Positions 21,051-30,614 of a stretch of DNA of 64,000 bases are shown piece after piece. The stretch covers positions 4,915-68,914 of IMG/VR virus record IMGVR_UViG_3300031857_000123. One strand, 5' to 3'. Position 1 is the first letter of the stretch; the number at the start of each line of letters is the position of its first letter. The notes under the pieces were generated by a model. That model searched no databases, was not told the origin of the DNA, and worked only from the letters and a program-made list of their open reading frames with translations. The position numbers and the translations under genes are program-made. This DNA is from a virus.

Positions 21051-21689
21051 ATGGCAAAAAGTTATAAACCCACTAGCGGCATGGCATCAGCGGCCCGTCG
21101 TGCACTAAAGTGGAAAGATGAGGGCAAGCCAGGCGGTACGCTTGTGGGTTTAGCCCGAGCAAACCAACTAAAAGATCGTGAACCACTAAGTGAGTCTACT
21201 GTGCTACGTATGTACAGCTTTTTTGCACGTCATGAAGTAGACAAGCGGGCTACTGGCTTCAGTAGCGGCGAGGAAGGATTTCCCTCAAAAGGTCGTGTAG
21301 CTTGGGACTTGTGGGGTGGTGATGGTGGTTACTCGTGGAGCAGCGCCAAGCGCAATACAATTATGCGTGAACGTGAACGCAAAGCACTACGCTTACTGGC
21401 AGTAGCCACAAAATCTGCAATACCACCAATGTTGCTAATGGCTGCCGCACAAATGATTGAAGACTATGCTAATGAAAACATCAGTGAAAATTTGGATGCT
21501 TTTGGTCAGTTCATGTACCACGCGCAACTCTTACGCAACAATCACCTAGATGTGTACTTGTTAGACTTGCACTTAGTTGCAGAACCATATCGTGATATTT
21601 TAGTAATGATTTTCAGTGAACTAAGTCCTGAAAGTGAAAACTATGATGAAGAAGACGACGAAGACTCAGACGAGGATACTCCACTATAA
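21051..21689 (+). CDS. Conserved phage protein with acidic C-terminus
   Basis: GGT.VG.ARA.QL...LS..TV.RM.SFF.RH and AW.LWGGD.G..W motif seen in phage proteins; SD AGGA. Confidence 0.55.
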   Translation: MAKSYKPTSGMASAARRALKWKDEGKPGGTLVGLARANQLKDREPLSESTVLRMYSFFARHEVDKRATGFSSGEEGFPSKGRVAWDLWGGDGGYSWSSAKRNTIMRERERKALRLLAVATKSAIPPMLLMAAAQMIEDYANENISENLDAFGQFMYHAQLLRNNHLDVYLLDLHLVAEPYRDILVMIFSELSPESENYDEEDDEDSDEDTPL

Positions 21690-21692
21690 AAG

Positions 21693-21727
21693 AAAAGCCC
21701 CTAACCAGCAATGGTTAGGGGCTTTTT
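21693..21727. terminator. Bidirectional intrinsic terminator at the convergence point
   Basis: AAAAGCCCCTAACCA-GCAA-TGGTTAGGGGCTTTTT between convergent operons. Confidence 0.9.
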
Positions 21728-21738
21728 GTTTGGCTAGT

Positions 21739-21900
21739 TTATTGCACAGTTGCTGCAGTTTCTGGCTGTGGTAGCTGAGACTCTGCTTGTTGTCGCAATT
21801 TTTGAGTTAATGGGTTACAAATTTTAGCAGGTAATTCTTGTAGGCCAAGTAAGACTGCATTGATTTCTTCAATTGAAAGATCTGTTAGTGTGAATTTCAT
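21739..21900 (-). CDS. Small hypothetical protein
   Basis: MKFTLTDLSIEEINAVLLGLQELP; ATG 21900 preferred. Confidence 0.55.
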   Translation of the reverse strand: MKFTLTDLSIEEINAVLLGLQELPAKICNPLTQKLRQQAESQLPQPETAATVQ

Positions 21901-21919
21901 GCTATATGAGTATTTAAAA

Positions 21920-23887
21920 TTATTTAATGGGACAGGCACCGGTTGCACACTCGGCATCGGTAATTTCGTCAAAACTGTTGGCATCGTTTAAGTCAACAGT
22001 GCCCAGAGTCTGAGCATACTCACGGTAGTCTTGCTCAGTTACAACTTCTTGTGGAAGGTATAAATAACCTAAATCTTTGGCAGTTTTGGTTGGGTCTGTG
22101 CGGTAGATAAAACTCACACCAACATAGCAGTCCCAATTGTCTAGTAACCAGTCAATGATTGCAGGTGCTTCACTTGGGTCATAGCTAATAGTCACTGACG
22201 TATTTTGCTGATTCCAGCTAGTTTGTAAAAGCTTATAACGCTCCAGTTGCACAACAGCTGATTCAAGATTAACTTCTTTGCCATCAACTTTATCAAAAGG
22301 AACGCCGTCCCACATTACTGGAAACGTAACAAGAACTCCAGAATCATCAACAGGATGATTAATAACACGGTAATTCGCTTGACGTAGCTTTTCAACCACC
22401 GGGTCATGCTTGCTAAATTGTACATTGTTAAAAATATACTTTCCTAGTGGTTTGTGTACGCCTTCTGTGGTATCCATGATTTTGGATAGTGTGCCTGACG
22501 GCTTAATGCAAGTTACGTTTTTAGGTGCTGGCAATCCCAGTTCCAAACTCATACCAACAGCAGCTGATGTAGCAGTACGCTTTAAGTATTCGTAGTCATA
22601 GCTGCCCATGTCTGGACGCATTGCAATACCAGTTAAACCTACTCCGCATAGTCGTAGGAAATAGTTGTTAAGATGCCAAGATTCCTGAAGAATGCCGTCC
22701 TGAAGATTAACACAGGTTTGTCGGTAGTTGGCACGAGCTGCCAGTCGTACAGCGTTGTGCAAACCGGCAGTGTCGCCTTTGAACTTTGCAATATCAGTTT
22801 CGGTAAGATTACAGAAAGCCTTATTACCGAGTAAGATTTCAACGCATGGATTGGCTCCCTTAAACCACGGAGCGCGTCTGAGGGCTTCGACTTCATTGAT
22901 AAATCCAGGTTCACTTCCACCAGCTTCAATCATCATGCCAAAGATACGCTCCAAGTCTGATTTTAGCGGCTTCTTTTTAAATACTAAGCTGTTATTTGAC
23001 TGTGTGCGGTGCTGATTATTGTGCAACCACCAATCTTTTTTGGCTACGGCGAATTCTTCCCATTCAGGTTGATCATAATCGAATAGTGCGATTTCAGCAC
23101 TTCTGCGACTACTAAGAATGGTGCCAAGATGATTAACAATATCAAGGATATCCATGCGAGTAAGCAGACTATCAGCGCGACCATTAAGTATATTGGCAAT
23201 AGCGGTATAAGCAGTACTGATAGCAGCATCACCCGACGAAATCCAACCATATCCTTTTAGCCTTTCACCAGCAGGTCGTAGTTGACTAAAATCAAGAACC
23301 AAAGTATCAGCAGGGTACTTACCCGCAAGCAACTTGCCAACAGACTTTGCCCAAGCTTCTGCACTGTCTCCGACTTGAATAGTCCAAGTTTTGGTATCAG
23401 ATGCCCAGTATTCCACATTCTCTTCATTACCGCCCTTAGATGTGCGTGTACTACGTACTACACGAATATTTTTAATTGGCTTTGAGAATCCGTTGAGTGT
23501 ACCAACAATTGGCTTGAATCCAACGCCACAGCCCTGTAATAGCAGCCATAAGACGTCAACTACGTCATAGATTGTTTCAACGTGTGTAAAGCTGCAATTG
23601 AACTGAGAGGCTTCACGTGTTTTAGCTACGTTAGTACCACCCAACCACAGCGTACGGCCACTCATTAATACTTTACGATCAAGCATCAATTGCTCAAGAT
23701 CGTATAATTCTGCGTACTCAACATCATTGAGTTCGCGATCTACTGCTCGTGTCCACAACCACTCTTGATGGTCAATAACGCGAGCAACTGTTTCTTGCCA
23801 TGTTTCAAATTCTTTTCCGTCGTCTGAGGTAGGGCGATTATAGGTACGACGTGTGATTACTTGCGCGCGTGTTGATGGAGAGTTCAT
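21920..23887 (-). CDS. nrdJ: Class II (adenosylcobalamin-dependent) ribonucleotide reductase, RTPR type
   Basis: RTY.R, GR.LW.GG, FNC, G.GVGF, RRSA.I, NPC.EI, CNL, T.IKPSGT, C-terminal C..GACP; no beta subunit adjacent. Confidence 0.9.
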   Translation of the reverse strand: MNSPSTRAQVITRRTYNRPTSDDGKEFETWQETVARVIDHQEWLWTRAVDRELNDVEYAELYDLEQLMLDRKVLMSGRTLWLGGTNVAKTREASQFNCSFTHVETIYDVVDVLWLLLQGCGVGFKPIVGTLNGFSKPIKNIRVVRSTRTSKGGNEENVEYWASDTKTWTIQVGDSAEAWAKSVGKLLAGKYPADTLVLDFSQLRPAGERLKGYGWISSGDAAISTAYTAIANILNGRADSLLTRMDILDIVNHLGTILSSRRSAEIALFDYDQPEWEEFAVAKKDWWLHNNQHRTQSNNSLVFKKKPLKSDLERIFGMMIEAGGSEPGFINEVEALRRAPWFKGANPCVEILLGNKAFCNLTETDIAKFKGDTAGLHNAVRLAARANYRQTCVNLQDGILQESWHLNNYFLRLCGVGLTGIAMRPDMGSYDYEYLKRTATSAAVGMSLELGLPAPKNVTCIKPSGTLSKIMDTTEGVHKPLGKYIFNNVQFSKHDPVVEKLRQANYRVINHPVDDSGVLVTFPVMWDGVPFDKVDGKEVNLESAVVQLERYKLLQTSWNQQNTSVTISYDPSEAPAIIDWLLDNWDCYVGVSFIYRTDPTKTAKDLGYLYLPQEVVTEQDYREYAQTLGTVDLNDANSFDEITDAECATGACPIK

Positions 23888-23898
23888 TTATTCTTTCT

Positions 23899-24291
23899 TT
23901 ATTGGCTGCAAGGGCCGATTACAAACCCGCTAGCGTCTGGTGTGCAGGTATTTGATAGTTTTACACAAGGCCCAACCACAAATCCGTCTGTGCAGTAATT
24001 AATTGTAGGTTGAACTACCAGACTTGGTCCTACCACTACATTTGGGATTACGGTAACTTCTGGTCCTTTAACAGGGCCAACTACAAACGGTAGTTGTGCT
24101 GCTGGGCCTGGGCCTACCACAGGCACTGATGGAACAGTAACAGTTCCTGCTGGACCCGCTACAAAAGGTGTTGGTAGTGTTGCAACAGTTTGGTCTGATA
24201 GTGTTACTACTTTTGGTATGACTGGTGGCTCAGTATTACCACCACATGCTGTTAGTACTGTTACTAGTACTAGTAATGCGAAATTTTTCAT
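23899..24291 (-). CDS. Lipoprotein with VVGP repeats
   Basis: Lipobox LTA-C, repeated (F/V)V(V/A)GP units, C-terminal Cys pairs. Confidence 0.65.
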   Translation of the reverse strand: MKNFALLVLVTVLTACGGNTEPPVIPKVVTLSDQTVATLPTPFVAGPAGTVTVPSVPVVGPGPAAQLPFVVGPVKGPEVTVIPNVVVGPSLVVQPTINYCTDGFVVGPCVKLSNTCTPDASGFVIGPCSQ

Positions 24292-24303
24292 AATATTCCT
24301 ATT

Positions 24304-24813
24304 TTATTGTCCAGTACTGCCAAATCCGCCAGTACCACGTTGTGTGTCATTCCAAGAATCCACAAAGTCCACAATTTGAACTGGTTGGATTACTAGCTGG
24401 GCAATTCTGTCCCCAGCGTCGATTTTATAGGGGTCATCGGAAATATTTTTTAGCAAAACTTTTAAATTTCCACGATAATCTGAATCAATGACTCCAACTG
24501 AATGTGGGATTGTAATGCCTTTTTTGCCTTGCGAGCTGCGATTGTAAATAAGGCCCACAAAGCCTTCTGGAATTTTTACCGCTATACCCGTATCAACAAG
24601 TTTTTGTTCTCCAGGATAGATTTCAATCCAACGTGCTGCACCTTCTGGAAACCACGCAAAAAGGTCTGCACCTGCATCTGTGCGGTGTGCCCGCTGTGGA
24701 AGAATTGCATCAGGCTGTACTTGGCACTGAATCTTGGGATTGTTGCGGTATGTCATAGTATTAGGATCGTATGAGGCAGTAATACTACCGCTGCTTATAA
24801 GTGTGCTGTTCAT
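24304..24813 (-). CDS. dut: dUTPase (trimeric)
   Basis: AGADL, RSS, GVIDSDYRG, RIAQLV, RGTGGFGSTG. Confidence 0.95.
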   Translation of the reverse strand: MNSTLISSGSITASYDPNTMTYRNNPKIQCQVQPDAILPQRAHRTDAGADLFAWFPEGAARWIEIYPGEQKLVDTGIAVKIPEGFVGLIYNRSSQGKKGITIPHSVGVIDSDYRGNLKVLLKNISDDPYKIDAGDRIAQLVIQPVQIVDFVDSWNDTQRGTGGFGSTGQ

Positions 24814-25655
24814 TTTGTGTAAAGTTCTAGGGTTTGATCAATGGTTATAATATTAGCTTCACCAATAGCTTCGCTACAATAAGTAACTAAGTCCATTAGT
24901 TGATAGTTGAGTAGTAACAAGTCGCGGCACTTGTTCAACTCTTGAATGTACTTGTACTTACCGCTAAGTGGAATGTTTGCAGCAATGTCGTAACAGCTGC
25001 CATATTCACTAACCAAGGCAACAGCTCGTTTAGGCCCAATACCAGGCACACCAAGAACGTTGTCGCCAGTATCACCCATAAGGCACTTAACGCTAATGTA
25101 ATCTTCAGGGCTAAATTCATAGTGGTCATTCCAGTTGTTGATGGTTACTTCTTTGCGGGTTACATAGCTAAATCGGCTAACGCCTTCGGTAACTAACAAG
25201 TCCCAGTCACGGTCGCTGGAGATCAGCCAAATGTCATCAAAAGGCAAGCTGGACTTTTTACTAACAATGTATGCTGCAATATCGTCAGCCTCAACGCCTT
25301 GAAAGCGCAGCACAGGATAGTCGGTATTTTCAGCAATGTGCTCAAGCGTTTTGGTGAATTCTTCAAAGAACAGTTCAAACGCAGCTTTTTCAGCGTCTGT
25401 TTGTTCTGCAAACTTGTCTTTGCGGTTTTGCTTGTATTCTGGGCTTAGTGCTTTGCGATAGCTGCTTGAGCCTTGGTCACATGCAATAATAACGTGTGAG
25501 GCTTTGTAAGATTTCTTTAGACTATTTACTGTGCGCAGGTAGTCTTCAGCAAAATCAGTGGCTCCTGAATGCTTGTAACGAAAAGCAAGGTTTAGTGCAT
25601 CAACAACAAGCAGTGTTGCTGTTGATTCAGTGGCTTGTTTGAATGTTTTACTCAT
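24810..25655 (-). CDS. 5'-3' exonuclease/flap endonuclease (T5 D15-like)
   Basis: VVDALNLAFR, YKQNR, GVEADD, SSDRDW, GD.GDN..GVPGIGPKRA. Confidence 0.93.
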   Translation of the reverse strand: MSKTFKQATESTATLLVVDALNLAFRYKHSGATDFAEDYLRTVNSLKKSYKASHVIIACDQGSSSYRKALSPEYKQNRKDKFAEQTDAEKAAFELFFEEFTKTLEHIAENTDYPVLRFQGVEADDIAAYIVSKKSSLPFDDIWLISSDRDWDLLVTEGVSRFSYVTRKEVTINNWNDHYEFSPEDYISVKCLMGDTGDNVLGVPGIGPKRAVALVSEYGSCYDIAANIPLSGKYKYIQELNKCRDLLLLNYQLMDLVTYCSEAIGEANIITIDQTLELYTK

Positions 25656-25680
25656 TGTGTATTTTTGTGGTTAAGTGTAT

Positions 25681-25709
25681 ATTATACACTTGATAACCCG
25701 CCAAGTCAA
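25681..25709 (-). promoter_or_regulatory. Sigma70-type early promoter
   Basis: TTGACT-17 nt-TATAAT upstream of the D15-like gene. Confidence 0.75.
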
Positions 25710-26164
25710 GTGACAAATTGTGGTTGCTCATACTTTAACCAGTCTTCTAGTAGAGCAACATAAAATTCGTGAGTTTCATGATTATAGTAAACACAGCGGT
25801 AGTCTTGCGAATTAGGCATTTCGTCAAAAGCCACAAAAACTTTTGATCGGTCAAACTTAAAGATTAACAGTGGTTTCTTCTCTACCTGCTTGCCTTGCCT
25901 GACACTTTGTTCCCAGAATTCTACAAGCTGCGGACTTTTTGAAGTCAATAGGTGTGAGGTCAGGTGATCTTCTGCATAGCCTTTGACTTCTACGCACCAC
26001 AGGTTGGTTCTGCCAGGCACGTAAAGATCGCCTTTGAGCAAGTGCTTGGCATCAAGTGCTCCTGACCCAGGTATTCGTTCCCACCCTAAGCCGGTGTGTT
26101 TACGCAAAAGATCACGTACTGTGGTTTCTGTACGTGCACCTTTTGCTCTAGCGTCTACTACCAT
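25706..26164 (-). CDS. Holliday-junction-resolvase-like nuclease (T5 D14-like)
   Basis: R.KGAR.E, R.PGSGA, KGD, EVK PD-(D/E)xK pattern; T5 synteny. Confidence 0.8.
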   Translation of the reverse strand: MVVDARAKGARTETTVRDLLRKHTGLGWERIPGSGALDAKHLLKGDLYVPGRTNLWCVEVKGYAEDHLTSHLLTSKSPQLVEFWEQSVRQGKQVEKKPLLIFKFDRSKVFVAFDEMPNSQDYRCVYYNHETHEFYVALLEDWLKYEQPQFVT

Positions 26165-26460
26165 TACTCAGTCGGCGTTTCCGCACTTGTAGGTTCAGGT
26201 GTTGGCTGGGCAGTCTTGGCGGCTGGCTTAACAATTGCTGGTTTGGCTGGTTTAGCTGCTGGTGCAACGGGGGCTGGTTTAGCCTGAAAAGTGACTGTTT
26301 TTACCTCACGCTCATCAACAGAGTATGTAATGGTTCCTGACTCAGCTTCAACTGTGGCCAGTTCAGCGTCAGAAATATGTGAGTGTAATAGTAGTGGTTG
26401 GCGCACGCCATCGCGTACTATGGTGGCTTTGATGGCCTTGATTTCTTCGATTTTAATCAT
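26164..26460 (-). CDS. Hypothetical protein with Pro/Ala/Lys-rich tail
   Basis: ORF coupled within the operon. Confidence 0.6.
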   Translation of the reverse strand: MIKIEEIKAIKATIVRDGVRQPLLLHSHISDAELATVEAESGTITYSVDEREVKTVTFQAKPAPVAPAAKPAKPAIVKPAAKTAQPTPEPTSAETPTE

Positions 26461-26461
26461 G

Positions 26462-28300
26462 TTATACCTCTATTTGGGATATGTTGTTGCGTTTTACAAC
26501 GTTGACCTTTTCTAGCAGTGGATGACTAAATCCGTGTGATACTAAAAAGGTATTCAAGTGTTCTTCCCCTAGGAGGACTTCCACTAATTTTTCTTTGCCG
26601 TCTACATCAAGTGCTTCAACAGTCTCGTCTAAGATCAGCAAGTTGATCCTGGAACTACTTAGGGTCTGCATTAGCTTGCGAATTGCAAGTAGGGTGGCTA
26701 CGTTTACACGTGCCCGCTCACCTCCACTCAATGCCAGCATTTCAATATCACGACCATTGTCAGTGATAACTACATTGAGTTTATCACTAGCTGAAATTTT
26801 AAAACTAATCTGGAATCTACCATCACTTAAGTCTACAAGGTAGCTGTTTGTGATTTCTTCCAAGTCTTTGACCAAGCACTCTATTTTGTATGCTACCAGT
26901 CCAGTTGTTGAAAAAGTTTTATTGAGCACGTTAACAATGCTCATACGCTCTGATAACTCGTGCAGTCGACCACTATAAGTTTCTAACTCCTCGGACATTT
27001 CTGCCAGTTGCTTACTAATAGTGTCAACTTTAGAATTATGTGCACTTACTGCTTGATTGGTTTTTTCAGCAGCTTGTATACGAGTACGAGTAGTTTCAAT
27101 ACTGTACTGTAGTCCAGCAAGATCAGATTGTAGTGTAGCTTTATCTAGCACAACATCTGGCAGTTCTGTGTCAATAAGTAAGTGATACTTTTCCCAGTCC
27201 GCTTGACTTTGCTGTGCTTGTTGCCAAGCTAAGACTTTCTGTGCGTGTGCATTTAAGTCTTGTGTGATATCTTTGCGAGACTGTGTGGCTTTGTCCAATT
27301 TTTCTAAGGCGGCTTGCTTTATTGCAGCTTGCTCACTTACAAGTTCGGCAATCTTGTTAACGTCTATGGACTGTAAACAAGTAGGGCAATTACCTTGTAG
27401 TTTGTTCATTTTTTGGACAAACGCCTCAACATCTTTTACTGTTTTTTGCAGCTCAATTGATGTGGTATTAAGCTGTGATACAATCGTTTGTTTTGTGCTT
27501 ACGTCTTCTTCTGGTTTTTCTGGCAGTGGTAAGATTGTAATCTTAGACTGTAATTGTTTGTAGGTATTGTTTTGTGCAATCTTTTTGTTGGTAGATTCTA
27601 CACCCTGAATAGCTACTTCTAGTTTAGCTGCTTCTTGCAATACTTGTGAGTCTAAGTTGGGTACCTCTACTGGCTGTTTTGGGGTTAAGTCAACCTTAGA
27701 GTATTTGTCTAGCCAGGCAACAACTGTGTTTACCTGTGATTGCGTTGAGGCAATGTCTTTGCTTAACTCTTGTGCTACTTCTTTGAAGACTTCTTGTGCT
27801 TGAGTGTAACGACCCAAGTTTAGGATTTCAATAAGGAACTTTTTACGCGCAGTATCTGCAGCAGTTAAAAACTCTAGGCTTGATGCATTACTCTGATAAA
27901 CAATTTGACTAAAAGTTTTATGGTCAATGCCGATTACTTCTTCAACAATTTTATAAGTGGCTGTGGAAGTATGTGCACTAATGTCCACACCATTTTTGTA
28001 CAACTTAACCGTTTGAGTAGTGCCACGACGTGTTTCGATCTTGTACTCTGTACCATCTCGGTCAAACACTAGTTCGATTGCATAGTGCTTGTCTTTTACA
28101 TACCGGTTAAGAATATCGGCCTTTTTAATGCCTTTGGAATTTTTATTGAACAGTACTTCTTCAAGCACTAGGGCAATAGAACTCTTGCCGTGACCATTTT
28201 TTCCTACAAGCTGTGTAAGTGGTGCAGCAACAAAATCAATCTTGTTGCCCTCACCATAGCTGAATGCGTTAGACCATGCTAGTGTTTTTATTGTTATCAT
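26462..28300 (-). CDS. SbcC/Rad50-like recombination ATPase (T5 D13-like)
   Basis: GKNGHGKS, CPTC zinc hook, LSGGE, LILDE, SH. Confidence 0.93.
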   Translation of the reverse strand: MITIKTLAWSNAFSYGEGNKIDFVAAPLTQLVGKNGHGKSSIALVLEEVLFNKNSKGIKKADILNRYVKDKHYAIELVFDRDGTEYKIETRRGTTQTVKLYKNGVDISAHTSTATYKIVEEVIGIDHKTFSQIVYQSNASSLEFLTAADTARKKFLIEILNLGRYTQAQEVFKEVAQELSKDIASTQSQVNTVVAWLDKYSKVDLTPKQPVEVPNLDSQVLQEAAKLEVAIQGVESTNKKIAQNNTYKQLQSKITILPLPEKPEEDVSTKQTIVSQLNTTSIELQKTVKDVEAFVQKMNKLQGNCPTCLQSIDVNKIAELVSEQAAIKQAALEKLDKATQSRKDITQDLNAHAQKVLAWQQAQQSQADWEKYHLLIDTELPDVVLDKATLQSDLAGLQYSIETTRTRIQAAEKTNQAVSAHNSKVDTISKQLAEMSEELETYSGRLHELSERMSIVNVLNKTFSTTGLVAYKIECLVKDLEEITNSYLVDLSDGRFQISFKISASDKLNVVITDNGRDIEMLALSGGERARVNVATLLAIRKLMQTLSSSRINLLILDETVEALDVDGKEKLVEVLLGEEHLNTFLVSHGFSHPLLEKVNVVKRNNISQIEV

Positions 28301-28541
28301 TTGCTAGTTTTCTTTTTAGCTCCTGCAACCCGCCAACATACACACCATCTAAAAAGATTTGAGGTACGCTGCGAGCGTCTGGAACTAGTTCAATTAAATC
28401 TTTTTTAGTATACCCGTTAATACCAAGCATACGTTCTTCAATCCGTACGCCATGCAAGTCTAGTAGTCGCTTTGCCTCAGTACAGGCTGGGCAGTTTGTT
28501 TGTGACCATACTTGCGCTGATTTATGTGAATTTTTCTGCAT
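28269..28541 (-). CDS. Glutaredoxin
   Basis: CPAC, SVPQIF, VGG. Confidence 0.88.
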   Translation of the reverse strand: MQKNSHKSAQVWSQTNCPACTEAKRLLDLHGVRIEERMLGINGYTKKDLIELVPDARSVPQIFLDGVYVGGLQELKRKLANDNNKNTSMV

Positions 28542-29478
28542 GATTTTGCATCTCCTGTAGAACTTTGTCTACTGTGGTTTCGGGTAATTCTAGAATATAG
28601 GTTACATACTCTCGAACTTCCTGATTTAGGGTCATCTCTGCATCAAGCATCAGGGCGGAGTCTGTATCACGTTTTAGCACTTTGGTAGCGATTAGCTCTG
28701 AATCGGCTAGTTCTCCGAGTTCTTGCATATCACCTTGGACTTCGTAAACGGTGTGATCAAAGTCCGTAGCCACTGGCGTCTCGTCAGCGGCGATTGTTCG
28801 CTTGATAAGTTGCGGCAAGTTGAATTTAAGCCACGTATGTTCCAAGCTATCAGCATCAAGCAAAATAGCACCGGTATCAACCCTGGAACGATGAAAGCTA
28901 GTAGTATAAGGGCTACCAGGGTAAAGAATATTTCTTTGAGAGTTTTCATAACTGTGTAGGTCACCAGCTAGCACAACTTGCCAACGGTTAAATAAGTCTA
29001 GATCGACTTCGGGCTTTACGTGTGGAGGAATCTCGCCACGAACGTGTGTGCATAAGATACGACCACCAAAATCACGACCATGTTTTTCGTAGTCTTTGAG
29101 CTTATTGTAAGGAATAATGTCTAAGTCAAATCCTACATTTTCATAGTAATCATCAAGCATGCTTACTAGTGGATTTAAGCGGTGCGTGGACTTTTTAAGA
29201 TTGGTTAGAAACGTTGAGTCTTTTTTCAACATCTCATGATTGCCAGGGTAGATTAGTGTAGGCTTGTGAAAGCTTTCTACAAAGTCAAAGTATAACTCAA
29301 CTTCGTCCATGGTAGGCAATCGGTCAAACACATCACCGCCTACAATTACCAGGTCTGCACTATGTTGCATTTCACTAAACTGTTCGCAGAATAAGCGGAA
29401 GCGATTACGTGACCACTCCACTGGAACATTCTTTTGACCTAGTTTGATGTGTACGTCTGCTGTAAATAGTATTTTCAT
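28522..29478 (-). CDS. SbcD/Mre11-like nuclease (T5 D12-like)
   Basis: ADVH, GGDVFD, PGNHE, AGDLH, YPGSP. Confidence 0.92.
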   Translation of the reverse strand: MKILFTADVHIKLGQKNVPVEWSRNRFRLFCEQFSEMQHSADLVIVGGDVFDRLPTMDEVELYFDFVESFHKPTLIYPGNHEMLKKDSTFLTNLKKSTHRLNPLVSMLDDYYENVGFDLDIIPYNKLKDYEKHGRDFGGRILCTHVRGEIPPHVKPEVDLDLFNRWQVVLAGDLHSYENSQRNILYPGSPYTTSFHRSRVDTGAILLDADSLEHTWLKFNLPQLIKRTIAADETPVATDFDHTVYEVQGDMQELGELADSELIATKVLKRDTDSALMLDAEMTLNQEVREYVTYILELPETTVDKVLQEMQNHAEKFT

Positions 29479-29491
29479 TGTTTTATCAGAC

Positions 29492-29527
29492 AAAATAGCC
29501 CGCAAGCTTTTTAGGATTGCGGGCTAT
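29492..29527 (-). terminator. Intrinsic terminator after the D11-like gene
   Basis: ATAGCCCGCAA / TTGCGGGCTAT stem followed by a U tract on the minus strand. Confidence 0.75.
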
Positions 29528-29533
29528 ATATTA

Positions 29534-30175
29534 TCAACCTAGTTCTTTGACTGCTTCGGATGCTGCTGTGTCAGCCTCATCACCTTCGTCGGAGTTAGAT
29601 GCTACTTTTTCCAATAGGGCTAGTACTTCGGCTTCTGTTGGGCGAGGGTACTTTTCATCAATTGATTTAGCTGCTGTTGCGGCTTCACGCTCGGCATCGG
29701 TTAGTGGACGTGGTTTGCAACGCAATACACTCAAGTCGTAGCTGATATTAAAAGCCAGTGGTCCTGTTTTGGTACGCTTGAAAACTACATCCCAACCTGT
29801 ATCGAAATCGGTAGGATCACCCAAATCTTCGGCCGCTGAAACAATTTGTTCAAACAGTTTCTTTTTCAAGTTAAGCGCCTTGACTTTGCCGTCCTTAGGG
29901 TCAATACAGTTAACTGTATACGACCACGAGCACTTCAAGTCTGGGTAGAAGGAGGGAACGTGATCTTTTTCGATGTTGTCGAATTTTTCTTTGTCACGAG
30001 AGAAAGCCAAGCACTCAACTGGAATGTCTTTGTTGTTAGCCCCTTTGAGCCAGTAGACGTAGCGTGGCAGAACTCCGCCCACTAGTCTAACTGTGTTTTC
30101 ACCGTCTTTGTATTCATAAGCCTCAACTTTGTTTGAGATTGCTTTGCCTTTGGTATTTTTAAATGAGATTGCCAT
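29534..30175 (-). CDS. Single-stranded DNA-binding protein (T5 D11-like)
   Basis: GEN.VRLVG.VLPRYVYW, LGDPTD..TGWD..F.R.KTGP, acidic tail; T5 synteny. Confidence 0.8.
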   Translation of the reverse strand: MAISFKNTKGKAISNKVEAYEYKDGENTVRLVGGVLPRYVYWLKGANNKDIPVECLAFSRDKEKFDNIEKDHVPSFYPDLKCSWSYTVNCIDPKDGKVKALNLKKKLFEQIVSAAEDLGDPTDFDTGWDVVFKRTKTGPLAFNISYDLSVLRCKPRPLTDAEREAATAAKSIDEKYPRPTEAEVLALLEKVASNSDEGDEADTAASEAVKELG

Positions 30176-30176
30176 G

Positions 30177-30554
30177 TTAGTTGTTTTCGTATTTAAAGTA
30201 AATTTTGTTGTCTGTGATTGTGAGCAGCGGATTGTGTTTTAAGGCATCTAAGTCAATGTCTTTGAAATAACTCAAGTCTAGGTAAACTACTCGGTAAAGT
30301 TTGTATAAGCTATAGTCACGCCTTCCTGCAAGTCTAATGTATTGCGCTTTGTGTGCAATATCGCAAGTTTCGGAGAAAAGAGGTTGGGCATTTAACAAGA
30401 AGCTGTGACCCGACAAGTTTTTAAAACTATTTAGTTCGTGGTGGTTTTTCGGTATAAGCTTTTTGCTAAAGTGCCTTTCCAGCATACTTAACATCAATTT
30501 AGGGTCGCAATTTGTTTCTGTTTCTAATAAATCCAGGTTAAAAAAGAGTGCCAT
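30177..30554 (-). CDS. Conserved T5-like hypothetical protein
   Basis: Lies between D10 and D11; has its own promoter at 30574-30602. Confidence 0.6.
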   Translation of the reverse strand: MALFFNLDLLETETNCDPKLMLSMLERHFSKKLIPKNHHELNSFKNLSGHSFLLNAQPLFSETCDIAHKAQYIRLAGRRDYSLYKLYRVVYLDLSYFKDIDLDALKHNPLLTITDNKIYFKYENN

Positions 30555-30573
30555 AATGATTAACTTAGACTAT

Positions 30574-30602
30574 ATTATAGCATAAAGACCACACTGCTGC
30601 AA
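30574..30602 (-). promoter_or_regulatory. Sigma70-type promoter with AAATTTACAC upstream element
   Basis: TTGCAG-17 nt-TATAAT. Confidence 0.7.
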
Positions 30603-30614
30603 GTGTAAATTTTA

